Of a stretch of DNA of 64,000 nt, positions 8,399-18,024 are shown one piece after another (the first letter of the stretch is position 1; every line of letters begins with the position of its first letter). This DNA comes from a virus (lineage: Duplodnaviria > Caudoviricetes): IMG/VR virus record IMGVR_UViG_2502957028_000003, positions 3,810-67,809 of that record; one strand, 5' to 3'. A program made the translations under genes and the position numbers. Below the pieces are notes generated by a model. The model ran no database searches, was not told where the DNA came from, and was given only the letters and a program-made list of their open reading frames with translations.

Positions 8399-9403
8399 TT
8401 ATTGGAGGGAAATATCTGTCCAGCCCCTTGTAAAGAGGCGTAGTTTTGACGATGTGGCCGTTGATATAACATTTATCTGCGAAGATGTATTAGTTAAGAT
8501 GTCGATATGTCCAGTAATATTGTTACCTGTGTTTGTCCTGACCATGGAGCCTGGGGCGGCGTTATACGCCGGTGTTTCTGCGGTTTTTCCAGGGTAAAAC
8601 ACATTCATATCCTTGCCGCCCTGGGCGTCCGCCTCCCAGTTCAGGTGGGCAATAACCTGGACACCGGAAGGAACAGAAATCGTGTGGCTTGTCGCTGTCG
8701 TTCCTATGGTTGTGCTATTAAGGTCCATGGGCGTTGCGTCCCAGATAAAGCGATTGCCGATTTGATGGAATGCCAGAATATTTGCCGAGCCGTCTGTTTT
8801 GACGGAAGCAACCCGCCTATATAGCGTGTACCCGCTCGGGAGCACTGCCGTTGGGTCCAGGCCAGTGTAAAACCCGGCGTCAACCGTGCCGTCTGCTTTT
8901 CCAATTAGGAATAGGTGATACCATGTCCCGGAAGCAACCGAGCCTGTCAGCATCCCGCCGTTGCCCGTACCAGCCGCCCATGCAGCATCAATCCGCTTTA
9001 CCATGGCAGAGGCCAACGTCATGCCTGTCTGGTGGTCTGACGTGCTTACGCGGTAGCCTGCCGTTATCTGAATATCGTGGCTTGCGTCAGTGTGGTTGCT
9101 TGTGATGCACCCGTATCGTTCTGTTGAGCCGGAAGATATCCCGGTCAGATTGGACCCGTCAACGGCTGGCAAGGCTCCTGAGCCGTCAAGTTGGACGATG
9201 TTATTCGCGCCAGTTCCGACATCATAGTTTGCGGCGGTTCCAATCCCAAGGTTCTGCCTGGCCTGCGGGACGTCTTTCAGGTCTGACAGGTTCTTGGAGC
9301 TGAGCATGTCGCCGGTCAACTTGGATTCCGGGGATAGGTAGGGGCCTGCGAAGGCGGGTTGCAATGCCAGGAGCAGACAAAGCAGGAGGGTTAGTTTTTT
9401 CAT
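8399..9403 (-). CDS. Tail fibre-like protein with N-terminal Sec signal peptide
   Basis: KNLSDL...ARQNLGIGTAA fibre repeat; MKKLTLLLCLLLALQPAFA leader. Confidence 0.75.
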   Translation of the reverse strand: MKKLTLLLCLLLALQPAFAGPYLSPESKLTGDMLSSKNLSDLKDVPQARQNLGIGTAANYDVGTGANNIVQLDGSGALPAVDGSNLTGISSGSTERYGCITSNHTDASHDIQITAGYRVSTSDHQTGMTLASAMVKRIDAAWAAGTGNGGMLTGSVASGTWYHLFLIGKADGTVDAGFYTGLDPTAVLPSGYTLYRRVASVKTDGSANILAFHQIGNRFIWDATPMDLNSTTIGTTATSHTISVPSGVQVIAHLNWEADAQGGKDMNVFYPGKTAETPAYNAAPGSMVRTNTGNNITGHIDILTNTSSQINVISTATSSKLRLFTRGWTDISLQ

Positions 9404-12400
9404 TTATCTTTATCGCTTTGGGGTTTAGGAGCACCAGTAAAGGCGGTGTCATTCAATGCCCTTGCTATCACAGCGGCCCTTTCTTCTTGATTTTGGGCCG
9501 ACATGATTTCTTGTAAATATACATTGCTTCCATTGGCTATCATCTCTTCAATTCTTTCTGGAATTGTTTCAAATTTTGCCGCCATATTCATGATGTCTTC
9601 GTCTGTTATAATGTCCCCATTAACCACCCTTCCTATGGCTTCTTCTGTATCAAGAGACTGTTGCGCCCTATGTCTTCTAATATCCTCTTTGTCGCCACGT
9701 ATTTTTTCCCGCAGCCCGTAGTCACTGACCTTTACAAAGCGGCCAACGATATTGCTCACTATGGGATACCCAAGCAACTTCTCAATATCGGTTTTTACCT
9801 CTCCTGGACGCTCTGTCTTGAAGACATGCACAACGCCAACGCCCGAGTTGTTGGCAAGCCACTTTGCAAATTCTTTATGGGAGCGCTCACCACCAGCCTC
9901 AAACACCTGTTCGTCAACGGCGTATCTTCTCCTAAAATTGTCATACGGGTTATGACCTGCCGCGTATTCCGTTACGGCATAAAGCAGGTTCCAGAATGGG
10001 GAAACATTTGGAGCTTGTCCCGCCATGTAGTCGGCAAGGTCACTGTAACTCTTTGTGTCGTCCAAGTTGAGAAGTTTCCACATTACCCCACCAAGAAGCC
10101 TGCCGGTTTCGTCTTGTGGGACCCTGAAATAGACAGCCTTTCCGCTCTCGGTCATCCCTATTGGGACTATGATATAGTTCGCCATGTCATATTCAGACAC
10201 GCGGTCGTAAATTTCCTTAAGCCCTGAGCCCAAAAGGCCAGCAAGGATAGCCTTCTGTATAAACTTGAATATTAAATTATACTTTGCCGCCTTCCATGCG
10301 AACTCAGACGGCGATGCTTTTGCAGCCTCAAGGTCACCACGCCAGCCTTCTTTTTGTGCATTTGAAAAAATGAGAAGGTTGTTATAAATTGGCGCACCCG
10401 TGCCCATTCTTAGGAATGCAGGAGAGCCAGCCCTAACCCTGACGATATGGGCTATTTCCTCTTGCGACAGGCTTGGAAAATTCTTTTTCAGGTAGATGTA
10501 AGCTGCCGCCTTGGGCCAGCGCTCTATCCCCCTGCTCACTGTTGACACGTAGTAGAACATGTCCCCAAAGGGCTTTAACACCTTGTTTTGCCAAACACTT
10601 GGTAAGACATGATACCGCTTGAGTAGTCTTTCAAGTTGGTGGTCTGTTTCGGTGTCACCCCTATAATCAGCAACAGAAATCAGCATTTTGCCCTGTTGCA
10701 TTTCTTTCATAACGGGGTCCGGGACACCAAAGACGCTCCGCATGGCTGGCTTTAGTCCTTCCGTATAAGCCATGGCAGTTTTAGCCATCGTAGCGCCCGG
10801 AAGGTTTCTGGCCGCTCTCTTAAAATCCCTGGCAAAGTTCATTGTCCAGAAACCGGGATTCAACTCTGTAAAGACAGTTCTAAATGGTTGCGCCGTAACC
10901 CTTAGTATTTGCGCTATGAGTTGGCCCTCAACAGGGTTTTTATGAAACGATTCGGCTATGTGGCGAGGAACGTAGTGACCAGCCATCTTCCCTTTCTTGA
11001 GATATACAAGTAGCCCGAGGTTTGGGTCTTTGGGGTCTATAAGCTCATGGCCTTTGCCATTCCACCTTGTGTCTGCCGGAGTTATTTCATCCGGGAAGAA
11101 TTCAGTCATGAAATCAGCAACGGATTTAGCGGCTACGTTTTTATTGGTAGCCCGCATCAGGGCTATGTCCTTCATGACAGTAGCGGTAAGCGGGTTGCCA
11201 ATGTCTTCAAGCGTTCCAACTTGTTGGTAAATCTTACCAGCGGCGACATTACCAAATCTGTTTTCAAGATACTTGGCAACGTCAAACGTGGCGTATTCGT
11301 TAATCCTTGAGGCTATGGCGTCCTTTAACTCTTGCGGGTAAAAGTCAAAGTTGAGCACCCTGTCCACAAAGTAGTCCTTCCTAAGCCTGGAAAAAGCGTC
11401 TGCAATTTCCTTGACTTTCGGACCAAGGGTTTGCTCCATCTCGGCCATGCGCTTTTTGGAAAGCTCTGCGGTCCAGCCCTGGGGGTTGGCAACATCCGAA
11501 CGCTCGGTTGAAACCCTTCTGTGAAACAGGTATTCTCCAATATCAGTATGGTCAAGCCCATTCCGTTCCGCTTCAACCATAATGTCTTTGTTGAACTCAG
11601 TTAAATATCCTTCTGCTTCCGCCGCTCCGTAACGCATTTCTTCCAACTTATACCTTGGATTTTTATGCGGTGGCAAAAGCGGGTCGCCGGTGTAATCAAA
11701 CTTGCCCTCAAGGGTCTTTACTCTGCGGATGACGGCATAGTCCCTGTCAATCAGTGTGGTTCCAAATTCGTCCTTTGTAAACCAATCCTTCCGCCTGTCA
11801 ACAGCCTGTTTGAAATACTGCGCCTCTGTATTGCGGAATCCCTCTCTAAGCCTCTTGACCCTGCTCCTTTCCGCTGTTCCACCCCGCATTTCGTCTATGA
11901 TGGATTCATAAAGCCTCTTTACTTCGGGCTTATTCTCCATGTAGGCAAAAAACGCCTCGTAAAACCTGGGGGCTGTCCCCCTGAGAAACACAGGGTTTGT
12001 TATGACTGCGCTAATGGCGTCAGCGTATAGTTCCTTGGAGGAAAACCTGTATTGAGTAAATTTGTAATTTTCGGACGGGTCAAAAGGCTTCCATTGAAGG
12101 GTGAAGTTTTTCAACTCGTTCGTGATTTCGTCTTTGTGGAGAAGGTGCCGCTTTTTGATTTCCTCATTAATCAGGTCATGGTATTTCTTGGCTATCATTT
12201 CGCTGGTAGGCGGTATGTTTTTCTTAATCTTTTTTCCGGTCTTCTGCTTCACAATCTCTGCGAATTTTTCAAGACCACTTGCAACCTGACCTTTTAGTGC
12301 CTCCTTGATTATTGATTTCTTTTCGGCGGTTGATAAGCCCTGAACGTACCGATACAGATCCTGGTTGAAAGCAGAACTATCAATGGCGCTGTTCCAGATA

Positions 12401-15400
12401 TCTAAAATGTCTTGCGCCACAACCGGGATGGTTTTTTCTATTTCCTCGTCAACCCACTGTTCGGCGTCAGCCTCAAGCAGTCTCTTTGCCTCCCTGCGGA
12501 GCCTTTGCCTGTCTTTTGGTGTGAGTGCGCCAAGTCCTCCGGGTTTGTCGGCCATGGTGTGCTTCATGAATTTTTTGAGCGAGGCTATCCTGCCAAGGAT
12601 GTTTCCACGGCTCATGTCTTGGTCTGGGAGCCAGTCAACAAGGTGGCCTATTTCATGGGCGAGGGTTTTTGCTGCTTCGTTTGGGTTGGCAAAAATATCA
12701 GCACGAAGGTCTATTTCTCCGCTCACGCTTGAATGGCGGAAAAGCCCCTGTGCGCTTGCTGTGCTGAGTTTCTTTTTAATGGATGGATATTTGCCGCCAA
12801 GCAGTTCTTTGGCAAGGCGGACGATTTCGGGCATTTCCATGGCAACGGATATGTCGGCGTACCCGCCAGTATCGGCATTTGAGGAAGCGGAAGACGGGGT
12901 TTTGGGGGTTTCCCCCGGCATCTTCCGAATATCCTTGGCCTCAACCTTGGATTTCTTGCCATCGGGCCAAGTAACCTCGAATTTGCCTGCTTGCTTGCCG
13001 CGCTTGATTTCACGGGCGGCGGTTATGGGGCGGAACTGGCGACCGTTCCAGGCGGAACCGGGGGAGTGGGTTGGCTGTTCTGCTGACTGAGGTTCGGAAT
13101 CTTCTATCTTGGATATTGGCTCTCTCAGTTTGAATTCCCTAAACACCTTAACAGTAGACTTCTCAAAGTGCTTTGGCACATCCCCCTTTCCATCCCATGC
13201 CCTGTTTGCAACCGAAAGCCTATAAGCAAGTTCTCTTGCCCCCTTCTTGTCGCGGGCAACATTATTCCCCATTAGACCGCCCGATGGAATATGAGTGACG
13301 CTATTTGATTCTGCTCCGTCCCTGTACGCATAGTCCCCAATTATATTGGCACCAACCTCTTGGGTTTCGCCATTTTTCATCTTAATGCGTATCTTGCCTT
13401 TTTTGGCTCTGGCAGATTTCATTTGCTCGGCTATGACGCGCTCATCGTTGGCGGCACGTTCTGCCGCGACTCGGTAACTCTCCTGCTGCCTCCTTATCTG
13501 TTCGTCATGTGCCTTCTGTTCTTCGGCTTTTTGGTTTCTTTTTTGTATCTCTTTGCCTGCGTACTCCCGCGCCTTAGAATTGCTGAATTTAATATCCTCA
13601 ATATTTGTATTCCACCGAGACGGAAATTTTTCGACGAACATCCTTAGCGCGGCATCCTTGTTTATGCCTGCACCAGACATTGCGGATTCCCACTTACCAA
13701 CAGAACCGTCTTCGTGGACAGGGCGAACCATAGACCGGTACTTTAACTGCGGGGCATCGTCGTCAAACGTGTTTTCTTTTATGGCTATTTCGAGGTTGTC
13801 ACCATTAGATAACTTAACGGTTCCGACTACATCATGGTCAACCTCCCGACCACCACTCTCTTTCAACCCCCACCCGCCCTCAACCTCCACGACTTCGCCG
13901 CCGCCCTGCCTTTTGGCCTGCAAAGCCGCCATGCCCTTGGACTTGAAGGGCTTGCCGGATTTGGCGAGGGTGACTTCCGGGGCGGCATCCAGGGTGACTT
14001 TCGGGGTTTCAGTGGGCGAAGAGCCTTTCTTGTTAATTAAATACTCAGCATAGTCTACGCCGGTCTTGGTTATTTGCCCAATACCCATATACCGACCATC
14101 GTCCGACATCAAAACTTTTTGCCCACCCTCCTGCTGGATAGACCACCCCTTGCCAACTCTTTGCCTTATAATCTCCTTCCTGCTCATGTATTTGCCGTTA
14201 AACATAAACTTCTTGTTTAAAACGGACAAAACCCGGCCTCGGGCCATTTTGGTAGTGTTGTCGGCAAAGCCATCTATGTCTTCGTATTCCCTAATCCTGT
14301 CCGCTTCTTTTCGGTCCTCGTCCTTTTTTATGGCGTCAACGCGCTTTTGGTACTCTTGGTTTGCGATGTCGCGCAAATCACGATCTTTAATGTATCGCTC
14401 TGCGATATCCTGCGTGTCAAATAAGGGGTCGCCAAAACCACGGGGGTTATCCATTTTCTCGCGGACAGCAAACATATTTTTCCCGCCAACATGTATGTTG
14501 TAAATTGTATTTTTTTGGTCCGGTATTGTGCTCGTTTTGGCGTTTTCAACAGGCATTGAAACGGGCTGTTCTGAGGAAGCCTGCTTTTGGAGGTCGGGAT
14601 AATCCCTGAGGACTTCGGGGGGGACGGGCTTGCCTTTGGAGAGGGCCCTCTGGATATCCTCCCTATGCGCCTTGGTCCATTTATCAGATAGCGGAGTTCT
14701 CGTCTCGCTTAGCCCAACGTATTCGGTTGAATCCCTCCCAACCCCAAGTCGTTGTTCGGTGATATTAAACCACTCGTCTTGCGTCATCTCCCACGGCTCT
14801 TTTTTAGCCGCTTCCTGCTCCACTGGTGCTTCATTTCGATTTACTTCTTTATTTTTAAACCTAAGAATCGGGTCAATATTTGATTCCGTGTAATATTCTT
14901 TGTTTGCAAGGAAGTCTTTTTTGAACGCATCAATGTCAACTTGCTCGTATTCATCGGCGACAAGCCCATATCTTTGCGCTATTTCTTCTTTTCCTGCTTC
15001 GCGATTTTTAGACTCTAACAACCTCGCTCTTTTTATCTCAGCCTGGCGGTATTTGAGCGCTTCTGCAAGGTCTGTGTCTTCCACGGGCGCGGCAGCACTC
15101 GTTTCCGGCCTTAACGGCTCCTGCGCCATCTGTACAGGAGTTTCAACCTGTGGTAGCGTTACCCTATTCGGCCCCCCGGTTTCCAATGGCTGTTCTACAA
15201 GCGTTGTGCCTCCCGCGATTCCCGCATCTATCTTAGCCTGCCTTAACCCCCACCCGCCTTCAACCTCTACAGGTTCGGCATCCAACTTACGTGCTTTGGC
15301 TGCGCGGATCGCGGAGCCTTTAGACTTTAGATCCGGGTAGTCCTTGAGGACTTCGGGGGGGACGGGCTTGCCTTCGGAGAGGGCTATTTCCACTATCCTT

Positions 15401-16920
15401 CTGTGTTGCTCTTTTTGGGCTGGTCTTTCATTGATTTGAACAAATCCAACATCATCGTTCTTTGATTGTCCGTCGGCATTGGCCTCCGCCGCATTTTTTG
15501 TGTAAAATACTGTATCGGTAAGGCCGCCAAGTCCCTGTACCCCACGAGAATGCGCCCTTACAACGTATTCTGTGGCACCCCCAAACTCATCCCTCGTCAT
15601 CTCCCACGGCTCTTTTTGAGCCACTTCCTGCTCCGTGGCTACATCCACCTTCGCTTCCGGCTTTAACGCATCCTGCGCCGTCTCAGGCTGTTGTACGGGG
15701 GTTTCCGTGGGTGTTGTCTGAATAGGTGGTGTTGCCTGTTCGGGCAACGGGGTGGGTTTGGGCAACTGTTGTTCCTGGACAGGCTCAGGTGTCGCTTGCG
15801 CCTGCTGCTCTTCGGCAAGTTCGACAACGGCCTGCGGAGACTGCCCACGGATAGGCGCAACACGGGGACCGCCTTGGGATTGCAAGGCGCGGTCCATGCT
15901 GGCGGCTTCGGATAGCGCAGCAAAATCTTCCGGTGGTATTTCTGGCTGCGTACTCGTAATGGGTTCGCTGGTAGCCTGTTCTGGTTTAATCGGCTCTTGT
16001 GCTGCTGGCTTTTCTGGTTTGATATCTGTGCGCTGATTTTCGCCCGTGGAACGAGCCTTAATCATGTCCTCTTTGGCCCGCACGAATTCGTCATGCCTTC
16101 CAGCCGCACGAAGATTTTTAAGAATTTCACCATCAGTCAGACCAGCGTCCTTCATCTCAGAAACAGACTGCTGAACAATTTCACGTTCCTTAATGGTCAG
16201 GCGTCTGTACCAATCCATTTCCTCAATTGGCTTTCTAAGCGCCTCGTTCAGTTTTGGGAATTTTTTTAGGCCGGCACCAATAGCCTCTCCAGCCCATTTT
16301 GCAGCCATGGGAGTTACGGACCAGCCAGCGGTTTCGCCAAGAATTTGGAGTCGCTGCGCTTCTATCGGAGCATTTGCAAAAGCCTCACGTTCTTCAGGCG
16401 AGGCGAGTTCTTGACCCCCAGGAATAAAACTCATTGTGGCATACCGAGCGGCCATGAGATTCGGATTCTCTCTTGCAAGGCGGTCTTCCGTAGCCCTGTC
16501 AAGCATCACACCCTTGTCTCCCCAATAATCAACGGCTGTTTCTGCTGGCTTTTGAAGATATCCGACACCTTCACGTAATCCCTGTACGCCAAACAAGGAA
16601 TCTTTTGCAATGTCACGTGTTGCTTGGTCGCTTGGATTGTTTGTTCTGCTGTCTGTAATCTGCTGATTAAGCCTTGCGAATGGGCTCTGCTGTGCGGGGA
16701 TATCACTAATAACCTGTTGTCTTGATGGGCCAACATCAAAAGACATTTCGCCCGTATCAACATCGGCTGGCTGTTCCGGGGTTATTGAAAAGCCAATCCG
16801 CCTGGAAAAATCACCAAAGTCCATGTCCGAATAAAACTTCTTGTGAAGTCCTTCGGCAAGTTGCTGGTCGGACATGTCTTGGTACTGAGGATATTTTTCT
16901 CTGATTTCAGAAATATTCAT
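9400..16920 (-). CDS. Giant internal-virion/ejection polyvalent protein (2506 aa) with zincin-like HExxH and LPD38-like C-terminus
   Basis: Position after smaller ejection genes; AHEIGHLVD motif; internal repeats; YIIVPIG...YFRVPQ region. Confidence 0.75.
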   Translation of the reverse strand: MNISEIREKYPQYQDMSDQQLAEGLHKKFYSDMDFGDFSRRIGFSITPEQPADVDTGEMSFDVGPSRQQVISDIPAQQSPFARLNQQITDSRTNNPSDQATRDIAKDSLFGVQGLREGVGYLQKPAETAVDYWGDKGVMLDRATEDRLARENPNLMAARYATMSFIPGGQELASPEEREAFANAPIEAQRLQILGETAGWSVTPMAAKWAGEAIGAGLKKFPKLNEALRKPIEEMDWYRRLTIKEREIVQQSVSEMKDAGLTDGEILKNLRAAGRHDEFVRAKEDMIKARSTGENQRTDIKPEKPAAQEPIKPEQATSEPITSTQPEIPPEDFAALSEAASMDRALQSQGGPRVAPIRGQSPQAVVELAEEQQAQATPEPVQEQQLPKPTPLPEQATPPIQTTPTETPVQQPETAQDALKPEAKVDVATEQEVAQKEPWEMTRDEFGGATEYVVRAHSRGVQGLGGLTDTVFYTKNAAEANADGQSKNDDVGFVQINERPAQKEQHRRIVEIALSEGKPVPPEVLKDYPDLKSKGSAIRAAKARKLDAEPVEVEGGWGLRQAKIDAGIAGGTTLVEQPLETGGPNRVTLPQVETPVQMAQEPLRPETSAAAPVEDTDLAEALKYRQAEIKRARLLESKNREAGKEEIAQRYGLVADEYEQVDIDAFKKDFLANKEYYTESNIDPILRFKNKEVNRNEAPVEQEAAKKEPWEMTQDEWFNITEQRLGVGRDSTEYVGLSETRTPLSDKWTKAHREDIQRALSKGKPVPPEVLRDYPDLQKQASSEQPVSMPVENAKTSTIPDQKNTIYNIHVGGKNMFAVREKMDNPRGFGDPLFDTQDIAERYIKDRDLRDIANQEYQKRVDAIKKDEDRKEADRIREYEDIDGFADNTTKMARGRVLSVLNKKFMFNGKYMSRKEIIRQRVGKGWSIQQEGGQKVLMSDDGRYMGIGQITKTGVDYAEYLINKKGSSPTETPKVTLDAAPEVTLAKSGKPFKSKGMAALQAKRQGGGEVVEVEGGWGLKESGGREVDHDVVGTVKLSNGDNLEIAIKENTFDDDAPQLKYRSMVRPVHEDGSVGKWESAMSGAGINKDAALRMFVEKFPSRWNTNIEDIKFSNSKAREYAGKEIQKRNQKAEEQKAHDEQIRRQQESYRVAAERAANDERVIAEQMKSARAKKGKIRIKMKNGETQEVGANIIGDYAYRDGAESNSVTHIPSGGLMGNNVARDKKGARELAYRLSVANRAWDGKGDVPKHFEKSTVKVFREFKLREPISKIEDSEPQSAEQPTHSPGSAWNGRQFRPITAAREIKRGKQAGKFEVTWPDGKKSKVEAKDIRKMPGETPKTPSSASSNADTGGYADISVAMEMPEIVRLAKELLGGKYPSIKKKLSTASAQGLFRHSSVSGEIDLRADIFANPNEAAKTLAHEIGHLVDWLPDQDMSRGNILGRIASLKKFMKHTMADKPGGLGALTPKDRQRLRREAKRLLEADAEQWVDEEIEKTIPVVAQDILDIWNSAIDSSAFNQDLYRYVQGLSTAEKKSIIKEALKGQVASGLEKFAEIVKQKTGKKIKKNIPPTSEMIAKKYHDLINEEIKKRHLLHKDEITNELKNFTLQWKPFDPSENYKFTQYRFSSKELYADAISAVITNPVFLRGTAPRFYEAFFAYMENKPEVKRLYESIIDEMRGGTAERSRVKRLREGFRNTEAQYFKQAVDRRKDWFTKDEFGTTLIDRDYAVIRRVKTLEGKFDYTGDPLLPPHKNPRYKLEEMRYGAAEAEGYLTEFNKDIMVEAERNGLDHTDIGEYLFHRRVSTERSDVANPQGWTAELSKKRMAEMEQTLGPKVKEIADAFSRLRKDYFVDRVLNFDFYPQELKDAIASRINEYATFDVAKYLENRFGNVAAGKIYQQVGTLEDIGNPLTATVMKDIALMRATNKNVAAKSVADFMTEFFPDEITPADTRWNGKGHELIDPKDPNLGLLVYLKKGKMAGHYVPRHIAESFHKNPVEGQLIAQILRVTAQPFRTVFTELNPGFWTMNFARDFKRAARNLPGATMAKTAMAYTEGLKPAMRSVFGVPDPVMKEMQQGKMLISVADYRGDTETDHQLERLLKRYHVLPSVWQNKVLKPFGDMFYYVSTVSRGIERWPKAAAYIYLKKNFPSLSQEEIAHIVRVRAGSPAFLRMGTGAPIYNNLLIFSNAQKEGWRGDLEAAKASPSEFAWKAAKYNLIFKFIQKAILAGLLGSGLKEIYDRVSEYDMANYIIVPIGMTESGKAVYFRVPQDETGRLLGGVMWKLLNLDDTKSYSDLADYMAGQAPNVSPFWNLLYAVTEYAAGHNPYDNFRRRYAVDEQVFEAGGERSHKEFAKWLANNSGVGVVHVFKTERPGEVKTDIEKLLGYPIVSNIVGRFVKVSDYGLREKIRGDKEDIRRHRAQQSLDTEEAIGRVVNGDIITDEDIMNMAAKFETIPERIEEMIANGSNVYLQEIMSAQNQEERAAVIARALNDTAFTGAPKPQSDKDK

Positions 16921-18014
16921 TAGCGGATTCCCAGGGGATCTATTTCATCGGCGTTAGTGGGTACGTCTTCCGGCAAAAGCGAAGTCCCAAGGCGATCAAC
17001 TTCGGCATAGAATTTTTTCAGGGTGGCAAGATCTTTGGCCGCGTCCGGGTTCTTTCCTGATTGCGCCTGTTCATTTAGAATCTGATAGGCGTTCCGCTTC
17101 TTTTCTTCCAGGCCGCTGAATGCCTGAAGAACAACATCTCTTGTTCTTTCTTCCGGTGGTATTGTTAGCAACCCACCAATAGTCCCAACGCCAGTATCCA
17201 TTCCGCTGCCACGGTATTTCCCTTCAATGGTTTTGATAGCGCCGGAAATCAGCTTGATTTTGTTTCCAGTCATCTTTAGTTGTTTTTCTTGGGCGTCGGA
17301 TGGCTTGCTGTCTTTCGCTGCATTAAACTCCTGGGTCGCCTGAATGATTTCTTCCTGGGTAGCGTTTGGTCCAAGTTTCTGGACAAGGTAGGCTTCGAGG
17401 GTTTTGGGGGTGCCGCCTCCACTCGCATTCGCCCTAATAGTAGCGATATTCTCCATGTTCTGGTAATGGGCGTTGGTCTTTTCCATGGTCTGCTTATGCT
17501 GCTGGGCGTCCTGTTCCAGCCTTGCTTCCGCCTGCTGTGCATACTGCTCCCTGGAAAGTCTCGCCCTGTTTTCCAGACCTTCCTGCCCACGCTGAAATTG
17601 CTTTTCATTGGATAACTCGCCGGTTATCGTCTTCCACATTCCTCCAAATTGACGCGGATTCCCAAGCGCAGCCCATAAATCCTGCCCCGTCTCCTGCTTG
17701 ACGTAATCGGCCTGTTTTTTAAGGTCTGCCCTTTCAGCATTGGTTAGGGTCGGGCTACTCATTACAAACTGCCCGTAGGTCATATCTGTGTCGAGCCACT
17801 TCTCACGCTCGAATTTTTTCAATTCCAGGTCCGCCTGCGCCTGCCCAAGCGCCAACGCTCCACGCTGTTGTTCCGCCTGCAAAGCAAGGGCCTGTTCTGC
17901 GCGTTGGTTGTTCTGGTAGTTCTGCCCCAAAGCGCCCAGCTTGGTTCCAAGCCTGTCCAGCCCCTGGGCTACTGCGTTCGGGTTATAACTCATATTCGGA
18001 ATTCCAATAGCCAT
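16920..18014 (-). CDS. Probable ejection (DNA transfer) protein, helical
   Basis: Gln/Ala-rich coiled coil; P22-like gene order. Confidence 0.6.
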   Translation of the reverse strand: MAIGIPNMSYNPNAVAQGLDRLGTKLGALGQNYQNNQRAEQALALQAEQQRGALALGQAQADLELKKFEREKWLDTDMTYGQFVMSSPTLTNAERADLKKQADYVKQETGQDLWAALGNPRQFGGMWKTITGELSNEKQFQRGQEGLENRARLSREQYAQQAEARLEQDAQQHKQTMEKTNAHYQNMENIATIRANASGGGTPKTLEAYLVQKLGPNATQEEIIQATQEFNAAKDSKPSDAQEKQLKMTGNKIKLISGAIKTIEGKYRGSGMDTGVGTIGGLLTIPPEERTRDVVLQAFSGLEEKKRNAYQILNEQAQSGKNPDAAKDLATLKKFYAEVDRLGTSLLPEDVPTNADEIDPLGIR

Positions 18015-18024
18015 TCAAGCCTCC

